Of a DNA stretch of 64,000 nucleotides, positions 54,848-62,475 are shown piece by piece. A model generated the notes under the pieces. The model searched no databases, was not told the DNA's origin, and saw only the letters and a program-made list of their open reading frames with translations. Location of the stretch: sequence record OR538032.1; one strand, 5' to 3'. Made by a program: the position numbers and the translations under genes. How positions within the stretch are numbered: position 1 is the stretch's first letter; each line of letters opens with the position of its first letter.

Positions 54848-56917
54848 ATGATTATCCATACCCCTGATAGCACAGTACAAACATCTGGCAAGATGCGCAC
54901 TGCTGGATTTAATATGAAAGCAAGCGCAAAAGGATTCCGCATCATTTCAACAACCCTATACAAAGATCCAATTCTAGCCATTGTACGCGAATTGACGTGT
55001 AATGGTTGGGATGCGCATCAAATGAACAAAAATCTCGATACTCCGATTCAAGTACACTTACCGAATCAGTTCGAGCCGTGGTTTAGCGTGAAAGACTTCG
55101 GTTGTGGCATGAGCGACGATGAAATCTTTGGTGTGTACACGACTGTGTTTGATTCAACGAAAGATGACTCAAACGACGTGATTGGTGCAATGGGTCTAGG
55201 CTCAAAGACGCCATTCAGCTACAACAACGGTCAGTCGTTCACTGTTAAGTCAACGAAGAATGGTCTGAAGGCTGTTTACTCGGCGTATCTAGACAAAGGT
55301 GAACCTGCAATCACATGTATGTCAGAGCCTGCGCCGACTGATGAACCAGACGGTGTTGAAGTCATCGTGCCAGTGCGTAAAGAAGACTTCAGTCGCTTTA
55401 AAGAAGCTGCAAATCAAGTAATGCCGTACTTTAAAGCACCTGCTGTTGAGACGAACATCACGCTTTCTGAGCGTAAATTCACTCACATGGACGGTTATTT
55501 CACTGAAAATAAGAAGAATTCATGGCGTTCTGGTGATGTCTATGCAGTAATGGGCAACGTTTGTTATCCGTTGAGCGAAAGTCACATCAAAGACATTCAG
55601 CTTGTGCGTAATTACTTCAAGAACTCTGACCTCTTCATTGAGTTTCCGATTGGTGAGCTAGATGTAAGTGCGTCTCGTGAAGAACTTCACTATGACGATT
55701 ACACAATTGAAAACATCAACAAGCGTGTGAACTTAATCAACACGAAGTTCCTCGATGAAGCACAGAAATGGGTCGATGACCAGAAATTCTCGCACATCGG
55801 TGATGCGTACCGCGCTTGTGACAATCGCTTCAATGATGTTGTAATGAAGAAGCTGACATTTAATGGCGTGTCTGTAATGACTTACTCGCAAAATATGCTG
55901 AAAGATTTTGCGATTCTAGGTAAAGTTGTTCAACTTCGCCCTGAATACAGCAACAAAGAAGGTGTTCAGCGTCGTACTAACTTTGCTCGTCCGTATGATC
56001 TTGTGAACCCTCGCAATGAATACGCGAAAAGTCCAATTCATATTATTGTCGATGATATGAAATCAGGTGGTGTTGCTATCGCGAAAGAATACGTTCGTGA
56101 AGAAGGTCAAGTGGTGTTTTATCATCACGACGATAAGCCGTCAACGACTGCTGCTCTTGCATTCTTCAAAGAACGTCTGCGCGATTGCGAATACAAAGTG
56201 TTGAAGACTTCTGAACTGAAAGCTAATTACACGCCACAGAAGAAGACTGTCAAGAAAAAGCCAGTCTCACCGACTATTCGCTTGTATGAAATGCGAATCA
56301 ACGAAGACGGTGTTCGTACAGTTCAAGCGTCTGACGTGAAGCGCGAAGTGCTGAAGAACGACGAACTGTATTACGTGAGTTTGTTCCGCGATTACATTGA
56401 GAAAACGCCAGAGTGTGGTCATGGTCTAGATTACCATCGTTCTCTTGGAATGATCGAAGAGATTATGCGCATCAAAGGTCTTGATGTTGTGTACATTGCA
56501 CGTCGTCCAGAGTACGCACACATCAAAGACAATAAAAACGCTGTGAATATCTTCGATATTAAGTTTAACAAGCGTGAGTTGCGTAGTAAAATTGACTGGA
56601 AATCATACACAGTTGATAACAATCTGTACGGCTATCGCAGTTCGCTAGAGAACACGTGGGCTAACACTGCTGTTCGTGACCATTTCGGTTACCCGCAGTC
56701 TCGTAATACGTGCTGCCAGACGATTGATCGTCTATGTGATAACTTCCCTGCTGTTCGTGAAATTCGCAAAGCAGAGCAAGAAAAGCACTTGGAAAAGTTA
56801 CAAACTATCCAAACTGCTCCGAAATACAAGTTGCTGTTTGATTTGGTAAGTTCAAACACCAACACTGAATCAACGCAAAAACTAATTAAACTCTTGAGAG
56901 GAAAACGCAATGGTTAA
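54848..56917 (+). CDS. rIIA: rIIA protein
   Basis: GHKL-like N-domain: LYKDPILAIVREL..NGWDAH, VKDFGCGM, GAMGLGSKTPFSY. Confidence 0.93.
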   Translation: MIIHTPDSTVQTSGKMRTAGFNMKASAKGFRIISTTLYKDPILAIVRELTCNGWDAHQMNKNLDTPIQVHLPNQFEPWFSVKDFGCGMSDDEIFGVYTTVFDSTKDDSNDVIGAMGLGSKTPFSYNNGQSFTVKSTKNGLKAVYSAYLDKGEPAITCMSEPAPTDEPDGVEVIVPVRKEDFSRFKEAANQVMPYFKAPAVETNITLSERKFTHMDGYFTENKKNSWRSGDVYAVMGNVCYPLSESHIKDIQLVRNYFKNSDLFIEFPIGELDVSASREELHYDDYTIENINKRVNLINTKFLDEAQKWVDDQKFSHIGDAYRACDNRFNDVVMKKLTFNGVSVMTYSQNMLKDFAILGKVVQLRPEYSNKEGVQRRTNFARPYDLVNPRNEYAKSPIHIIVDDMKSGGVAIAKEYVREEGQVVFYHHDDKPSTTAALAFFKERLRDCEYKVLKTSELKANYTPQKKTVKKKPVSPTIRLYEMRINEDGVRTVQASDVKREVLKNDELYYVSLFRDYIEKTPECGHGLDYHRSLGMIEEIMRIKGLDVVYIARRPEYAHIKDNKNAVNIFDIKFNKRELRSKIDWKSYTVDNNLYGYRSSLENTWANTAVRDHFGYPQSRNTCCQTIDRLCDNFPAVREIRKAEQEKHLEKLQTIQTAPKYKLLFDLVSSNTNTESTQKLIKLLRGKRNG

Positions 56918-57947
56918 TTTGCCAATCGAAACAAAACAGTCAATCGTTAAAGCATCTGCAAACGGCATGACACAGAAAGACAACGCGGCGAAGCATGGTA
57001 CTTCGCCAACCACCCTGCGCCGTGTGCTTGCTGAACACCGTGAAGGCAAATTCAGCTTAAACACTGCGAAGCAAGTTGTTAAGCGCCCGGCTAAAGTGAA
57101 ATCACTTTCGACTGACTTCAAAGCGAATCTAGACGAGTTGCTAGACGCTACTGGCACTAAAGAAGAGCCAAAGACGAAAGCGCCTGAGCCTGAAAAGACT
57201 CTTGACCAGAAGCTAGACGAAGCGATTGAAGATTTCGCTTACGTGATTACGCCAGTTAACGTGTCATTCACGTTCAAAGGTCAGGCATTTTCTGCTGACA
57301 TCACAGCTCCGAACTACAGCAAAATCGTTGCTGCATTGCTAGACAACGACGGCGAGCTTGCAGTTTCATTGCTTGATGTTGCGAAAGGCATCGAAGAATT
57401 CATGCTTGGCAATGTAGTTGTTAAGGGTGGCGTGGTTAAGTACAAAGATCTCGACATCGACGGTGGTATGACTGGTCGTATTCTTGAAGCAATGGAAGCA
57501 GGTGACAAGTCTCAAGTGACTAAGCTTGTTAAGTTCTTCGAAAATCTCATCGAGAACCCATCACGTCGCGCTGTTGAAGAGCTTTACGGCTTCTTGGAAG
57601 CTGCTGACATCGAACTTACCGATGACGGTCACTTCCTAGCGTACAAAAAGATTCGCGACAACTACAAAGACATTCACAGTAACACTATGTGCAACAAGCC
57701 AGGCACTCGTGTGTGGATGCTACGTCACCAAGTGAACGACGACAAAGATCAAACGTGTTCGGCTGGTCTTCATGTATGTTCGAAAGGCTACTTGCCACAC
57801 TTTGGTGGTGCTGCTGGTAATCGTATCGTGCTTTGTAAAGTGAACCCACGTGATGTTGTGTCTGTACCTACTGACTACAACAACACCAAGCTTCGCTGTA
57901 GTGAATATCTGGTTCTGAAAGAGCTAGACAAAAATACTTTGAAATAA
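56910..57947 (+). CDS. rIIB: rIIB protein
   Basis: ENP....EELYGFL, DGHFLAYK, CSAGLHVC, KVNPRDVVSVPTDYN..KLRC. Confidence 0.95.
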   Translation: MVNLPIETKQSIVKASANGMTQKDNAAKHGTSPTTLRRVLAEHREGKFSLNTAKQVVKRPAKVKSLSTDFKANLDELLDATGTKEEPKTKAPEPEKTLDQKLDEAIEDFAYVITPVNVSFTFKGQAFSADITAPNYSKIVAALLDNDGELAVSLLDVAKGIEEFMLGNVVVKGGVVKYKDLDIDGGMTGRILEAMEAGDKSQVTKLVKFFENLIENPSRRAVEELYGFLEAADIELTDDGHFLAYKKIRDNYKDIHSNTMCNKPGTRVWMLRHQVNDDKDQTCSAGLHVCSKGYLPHFGGAAGNRIVLCKVNPRDVVSVPTDYNNTKLRCSEYLVLKELDKNTLK

Positions 57948-57960
57948 TGTAAAAAAAGGG

Positions 57961-57990
57961 TTGACTACGGTCAGCCCTTTCTTGTATTAT
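57961..57990 (+). promoter_or_regulatory. class I promoter fused to a terminator
   Basis: TTGACT-N18-TATTAT, ATCGAAACGA at 57997. Confidence 0.75.
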
Positions 57991-58027
57991 TCTCATATCG
58001 AAACGAAACACCGAAAGAGAGAATAAT

Positions 58028-58342
58028 ATGAAATCTGACCTACGCACTATCCAAACTCTAGTAGAACAAAAAGATGTAGCAATCGTTGTTAAAGAACAGT
58101 ATCGAAATGCACTTGCATTCGCATACGGCTGCATGACTGGCGTTCAGCGTCAAGTATACCGAGACTACCACATGAGCGTGCTGGTTGAGAGATTTGACCT
58201 TGAATTCTGTGAAGCAAACGAAGTTGTCTTACCTTACGGTGAGTTGAAGTCTGCAATCAAATTCATCAAAGATAGCTTGAGCGCGTCTGACTATGACGAA
58301 CTGAAAGCACTATTTCAATTCAACATTAAACTGCCAGAGTAA
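58028..58342 (+). CDS. early hypothetical protein
   Basis: AGAGAG RBS. Confidence 0.75.
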   Translation: MKSDLRTIQTLVEQKDVAIVVKEQYRNALAFAYGCMTGVQRQVYRDYHMSVLVERFDLEFCEANEVVLPYGELKSAIKFIKDSLSASDYDELKALFQFNIKLPE

Positions 58343-58347
58343 GAAGC

Positions 58348-59034
58348 ATGAAACGATTTAAGAAACACATTAAAAAGTATGACGAGCATGGCGTAGTTCA
58401 GTATAATATGCTGATGATATTCGCTTTGATAGTCACAATATCAATGTCAATCGCACTTGTTGCGTCAAATATTCTGTTTGCATTTGAGCTTTCAGCTAGT
58501 GACGCTAACATCAAAACACCCGGTGATGCATTCTGGACGGTTTGGATGGCTATGAGTACAATTGGATTTGGTGATCATTATCCCGTAACGACTGGTGGTA
58601 GATTTGTTATTGGTTCTATGTTTGTCGTTGGTGCGTCGCTTATTGGTCTTAACATCGGTATCGCGAATGCGTGGATTACATCTAAGTTCGACAAAAGCAT
58701 ACAGAATCGCGTGTTGAAGAGTCAAAACGATGCTCTATTGCAGAAATTAGATCGTCTTGAGACACATCTAGGCATCGGTCAAGAGGTGTTGTTTTCGAAA
58801 GATGCTCATGGTATAGATACAATGATTGACCAGTATTTTGACAGCAACGACAAAGCAGAGAGATTTGTTACACTCGGTCAAGATGATAGCGGTCGATATG
58901 TCGTGGCAATAAATCAGCAAATCATCGAAACACAAAAGACATCATTGAAATGGCACACGTTCATTAAAGAAGATGATGCGACGAAATTCTACAAAGACAC
59001 AAGTGAACTATTCCACACGGAGCTATTCATATGA
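58348..59034 (+). CDS. 2-TM potassium channel (KcsA-like) with C-terminal domain
   Basis: DAFWTVWMAMSTIGFGDHYPVTTGGR between two TM helices. Confidence 0.9.
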   Translation: MKRFKKHIKKYDEHGVVQYNMLMIFALIVTISMSIALVASNILFAFELSASDANIKTPGDAFWTVWMAMSTIGFGDHYPVTTGGRFVIGSMFVVGASLIGLNIGIANAWITSKFDKSIQNRVLKSQNDALLQKLDRLETHLGIGQEVLFSKDAHGIDTMIDQYFDSNDKAERFVTLGQDDSGRYVVAINQQIIETQKTSLKWHTFIKEDDATKFYKDTSELFHTELFI

Positions 59035-59528
59035 TTCGTAATATCTTATTTGCTGCTCTTGCAGCTATGACACTCGCAGCATGTGATAACAATTCTGCGA
59101 CATTAGACACAAATGCTTACTATGCTGAACAAGAACAGCTATTAGTTGAAGCACCGACGACTGAAATGTTTGATACACAGCCACCAGTTGTTCAACCTGT
59201 ACAACAACCTGTACAACAACCTGTGATTATTCAGCAAGACGACGGGTTTGATCTAGGTGACGCAGCGATTGGTTTTGTTGCTGCTGAATTGATAGATGAA
59301 GTTGGTGATGCTTTCGAATCTAAGCATAAGAAGACTTATGTCGCGCCAGTGAAACAGCCTGTAATTAAGAAAGTTACACCGTATCAAGCGCCTAAAAAGC
59401 CTGTAGTAGTTAAGCCAACTGTAGTCAAACCGAGCACAGTTGAGACGAAACCTGAGAAAAAAGAGGGTTTTTTCAAGAAAGCAGTCAAAAAGGTTAAAAA
59501 AGTTAAGCGTAGTAAACGCAGAAAATAA
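59031..59528 (+). CDS. lipoprotein with Q/P/V repeats and Lys-rich tail
   Basis: Lipobox LAAC; 12-bp tandem repeat CAACCTGTACAA at 59193-59225. Confidence 0.75.
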   Translation: MIRNILFAALAAMTLAACDNNSATLDTNAYYAEQEQLLVEAPTTEMFDTQPPVVQPVQQPVQQPVIIQQDDGFDLGDAAIGFVAAELIDEVGDAFESKHKKTYVAPVKQPVIKKVTPYQAPKKPVVVKPTVVKPSTVETKPEKKEGFFKKAVKKVKKVKRSKRRK

Positions 59529-59553
59529 AAAAGGGAGCATTCGCTCCCTTTTT
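59527..59553. terminator. bidirectional terminator
   Basis: AAAAAGGGAGC-ATTC-GCTCCCTTTTT. Confidence 0.9.
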
Positions 59554-59554
59554 G

Positions 59555-60097
59555 CTATTTGTTTTTTGATAAAACATCTAGAATTCTAGCTAATTCAGAT
59601 TCGATGTGCTCAAGCTCCATTAGATATTCATCCGATTGCTTGATGTCACTACGTAGAAGACCTTTTGAAGTCGCAATATCAACGTCGCTATCTAGACTAC
59701 CACGCAATTTACGTACCAAGAACAACGCACGATTCAAATCACGAGTGAATACGTTCACTGTCTTGTCAGTGATCTTGTCTTCTGGCATACTCTGATATTT
59801 GTTCAGTTTTCTCATGGTTTTCTTCAGTTCTTTGAAGTCTTTACGCGCTTGACCGCCAGCGAATAACACGCCACCAATCAAACCATTAAGTCCCATTGAG
59901 ATACCAGCCCATGCCGCTAATGGCAATGCGATAGAAAGCCCTGCTGTACCCGGTGCTGCTGCAATTGAAGCACTTGCCATACCTACAAAGCCACCCACTG
60001 CTGCGCCGATTGCAGCACTATTCTTAGCCCATTGACCGATAGTTGCTTCTTTCAACTCATCTGAATTCTTGAATTCATCAAATGTCTTTAGTTCCAT
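59555..60097 (-). CDS. putative internal head protein with Gly/Ala hydrophobic hairpin
   Basis: MELKTFDEFKNSDELKE; SD AAGGTGA before ATG 60097. Confidence 0.7.
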   Translation of the reverse strand: MELKTFDEFKNSDELKEATIGQWAKNSAAIGAAVGGFVGMASASIAAAPGTAGLSIALPLAAWAGISMGLNGLIGGVLFAGGQARKDFKELKKTMRKLNKYQSMPEDKITDKTVNVFTRDLNRALFLVRKLRGSLDSDVDIATSKGLLRSDIKQSDEYLMELEHIESELARILDVLSKNK

Positions 60098-60122
60098 TCT
60101 GTTCACCTTGATTCATGCTCAT

Positions 60123-60195
60123 AAAAAACGAGGGAGCGACTATAAGTGGAACCAATACTCGCAGTGACCAATGCGATACATAGTCACTACCCTCG
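60123..60195 (-). ncRNA. candidate structured late leader or small RNA
   Basis: 15-bp outer stem, inner TCGCA/TGCGA hairpin, U6 tract; TATAAACA (-) at 60209-60216. Confidence 0.45.
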
Positions 60196-60281
60196 AAACT
60201 GAGAAAAATGTTTATATGTTATATTTAGTGTTAGCTAGACACTCGTATAGCAATTATCTCTAAGAAAAGTAGAAAAAAATG

Positions 60282-60310
60282 TTGACTAAAGTGTAAAATA
60301 TCCTTATCAT
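60282..60310 (+). promoter_or_regulatory. sigma70-type promoter
   Basis: A-tract, then TTGACT-N17-TATCAT. Confidence 0.7.
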
Positions 60311-60358
60311 AGTGCATATTCTAATGAAACGTACAAAAATACAACAAAAGAGGTTAAC

Positions 60359-60826
60359 ATGACTCCAAAATCAATCATTCGTGCAGCAAATACTCGCGTT
60401 TCCGAGCTTCAAATCTTCAGTGGCGAGAACAGTACAGTCGTAGTTGGTGCACCAGGTAGTGGTAAAAACGCTATGCTGATGGGAATGCTCATGCAACGTG
60501 GTGTTGCTGACTGTACAATGATCGTTACAGAAATGCGTGCTAGTGACATGGCAGAGAAGCTAGGCACAGGTGCTCTTGTGGTCAATGGCGGTCTTGACCT
60601 CGAATCTCTTGTTGGCGCAGTTGCATTTGCGTGTACACAACCACGTTCTGACATCTTTATCGAACATGTGTCACCGATTCTCGGTCACAATATTGTTGAG
60701 ATTCTAGAGTCAATCGCTAAGCCATTCAACAAGCGAATCTACGTCGGTATGCAAGCTGCACGCAGTCATAGCGGTCTAGGTGATAACTATCAAACACAAA
60801 TGATGAATACATTGAAACTGGGGTGA
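60359..60826 (+). CDS. truncated, degenerate RecA/DnaB-like P-loop protein
   Basis: GAPGSGKN, IVTEM, IFIEH, YVGMQAAR. Confidence 0.5.
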   Translation: MTPKSIIRAANTRVSELQIFSGENSTVVVGAPGSGKNAMLMGMLMQRGVADCTMIVTEMRASDMAEKLGTGALVVNGGLDLESLVGAVAFACTQPRSDIFIEHVSPILGHNIVEILESIAKPFNKRIYVGMQAARSHSGLGDNYQTQMMNTLKLG

Positions 60827-61104
60827 TTATGAACTTCTTTCAAATAAGCATGAATCTAGCGACTGATTCATCAATTAACCCAGACGAAGCTTGGGCTGAT
60901 AAGCAATTGATTATTGCTTCTAGTCATGAAATGGCTCGAAAACTTGCCGACGCACGCGAGAAAGGTCGTCATGGTTGGCATGACCCTGATGTGTGCTCTA
61001 TCGACTATCTCTATGAGTTGCGCGATAAAGCACTTGAAGACAATGATCATGTCAGTGTGATGAACTACACTGCAATGATCGCTATGCGGGAGAGTGTACA
61101 ATGA
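60823..61104 (+). CDS. hypothetical protein
   Basis: KLADAREKGRHGW...VSVMNYTAM. Confidence 0.7.
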   Translation: MIMNFFQISMNLATDSSINPDEAWADKQLIIASSHEMARKLADAREKGRHGWHDPDVCSIDYLYELRDKALEDNDHVSVMNYTAMIAMRESVQ

Positions 61105-62141
61105 ACGTACTATTCACGAGTCTATTTGGCTCGAAACTATATGGCACAGACACGCCAGAGTCAGACACTGACTATAAAGCCGTCTATCTACCTGAGTTGC
61201 GAACGCTACTTCGTGGTGTTGCAATAAAGAACTCAGTGCATTCAACTGGCAAATCGTTCGAGAAGAACGGCGCAGACGATGAAGACTTCGAATACATCCC
61301 TGTTCAAGTGTTCATGCGTGACTTTCTGGGCGGTCAGTCATATGCAATCGAGTTAGCATTCAATGCACTACAGAACCCTGATGACTGTAAGCCAGAGTTC
61401 TACAACATGTGTAAAGAAATGACTCGCAAGTACTTGACATCAAACGTCAAAGCAATGACTGGCTATGCGCTTAACCAAGCACAGAAGTACGGCATCAAAG
61501 GTACTCGACTGAACAGCCTTATGCAATTTGCACGTGCTGTAGAGACGCACAACGTCGATCCTAAAGCGAAGTTGGGTTCGAGCCCTGAATTGTGTAAGCA
61601 ACTATGGGAACTGTGTGCAGAAGACGCTCACGTGCGTTTTCAGTGGTATCATGGGCCCAAGACTAAAGACGCAAGCGACTTGAAAGACCCTGCGTTCAGT
61701 GTGCTTGAGAAAGTATTCGGTCTTGAGATCACGTTTGAAGAAGCTGCCGGTCGTCTTGAGAAGATGATGAGCAAATACGGCGCTCGTGCATACCAAGCGC
61801 GTGCTGCAAGTGGCTCAGACTGGAAAGCAATCTCTCATGCTATGCGCGTGATCGATCAAGCAATCGACATACTGACAGTTGGTAAGCTTGAGTTTCCGTT
61901 GAAGCACGCTGCGTTCTATCGTGACGTGAAACAAGGTAAATACAAGTGGGAATACGTGTCTGAAGTGCTGCAAGAGCGCCTTGAATTGCTAGAAAAAGCA
62001 AAAGATACAACGTCACTTCCACATCACACGCCTGATTTGGTTGCGAGATTTTACATCTGGTACGATGATTACCTTGATGAGTTTTATTTCCCTTGTGAAA
62101 TGACTGATGAAGAAGTCAAACAAATGCTAGGCGCGTACTAG
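61101..62141 (+). CDS. pol-beta superfamily nucleotidyltransferase (T4 nrdC.11-like)
   Basis: FGSKLYGTDTPESDTDY (hGS...DxD); YGIKG.RL; WKAISHAMR. Confidence 0.8.
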   Translation: MNVLFTSLFGSKLYGTDTPESDTDYKAVYLPELRTLLRGVAIKNSVHSTGKSFEKNGADDEDFEYIPVQVFMRDFLGGQSYAIELAFNALQNPDDCKPEFYNMCKEMTRKYLTSNVKAMTGYALNQAQKYGIKGTRLNSLMQFARAVETHNVDPKAKLGSSPELCKQLWELCAEDAHVRFQWYHGPKTKDASDLKDPAFSVLEKVFGLEITFEEAAGRLEKMMSKYGARAYQARAASGSDWKAISHAMRVIDQAIDILTVGKLEFPLKHAAFYRDVKQGKYKWEYVSEVLQERLELLEKAKDTTSLPHHTPDLVARFYIWYDDYLDEFYFPCEMTDEEVKQMLGAY

Positions 62142-62142
62142 T

Positions 62143-62150
62143 TATAAATA
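62143..62150 (+). promoter_or_regulatory. T4-type late promoter
   Basis: Exact TATAAATA. Confidence 0.85.
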
Positions 62151-62174
62151 CGTTAAACAAACTAGGAGTTTAAC

Positions 62175-62435
62175 ATGAAAGGTTTTAAAGGTTTCAACGA
62201 TTATTTCAAGAAAGGTGAAGTCAAGCTGCAAGAAACTGAACAAGAGTTTCACGAGCGCGTTGTCAAGCATCGTAAAGTAGATGACAAACGTTATCCAGAC
62301 TTATCTAAGGCTGGACTAGAGGGTCCATACACTGACCTAAATGGTAAAGTGTATTACTATGACCCACGTGAAGGCATGTACTACGATCCAGACACTGACA
62401 TTTACATCACTGCAAAAGATTTACGTTTACCGTAA
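62175..62435 (+). CDS. small late protein with YYDP repeats
   Basis: LEGPY..NGKVYYYDPREGMYYDPDTDIY; MKGFKGFNDYF N-terminus. Confidence 0.75.
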   Translation: MKGFKGFNDYFKKGEVKLQETEQEFHERVVKHRKVDDKRYPDLSKAGLEGPYTDLNGKVYYYDPREGMYYDPDTDIYITAKDLRLP

Positions 62436-62438
62436 CAC

Positions 62439-62461
62439 AAAGCGCCTACGGGCGCTTTTTT
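62439..62461 (+). terminator. intrinsic terminator
   Basis: AAAGCGCC-TACG-GGCGCTTTTTT. Confidence 0.85.
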
Positions 62462-62475
62462 ATTGAGAAAAATAT

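Noticed and set aside
59193-59225. 12-bp tandem repeat as a phase-variation locus
   Set aside because: The unit is a multiple of 3 and encodes a QPVQ linker, so copy-number change would not shift the frame
519-62022. Many opposite-strand and alternate-frame ORFs of 60-200 aa (e.g. 17236-17838, 19386-19835, 37019-37453)
   Set aside because: Shadows of well-supported genes, with no promoter, RBS or recognisable motif
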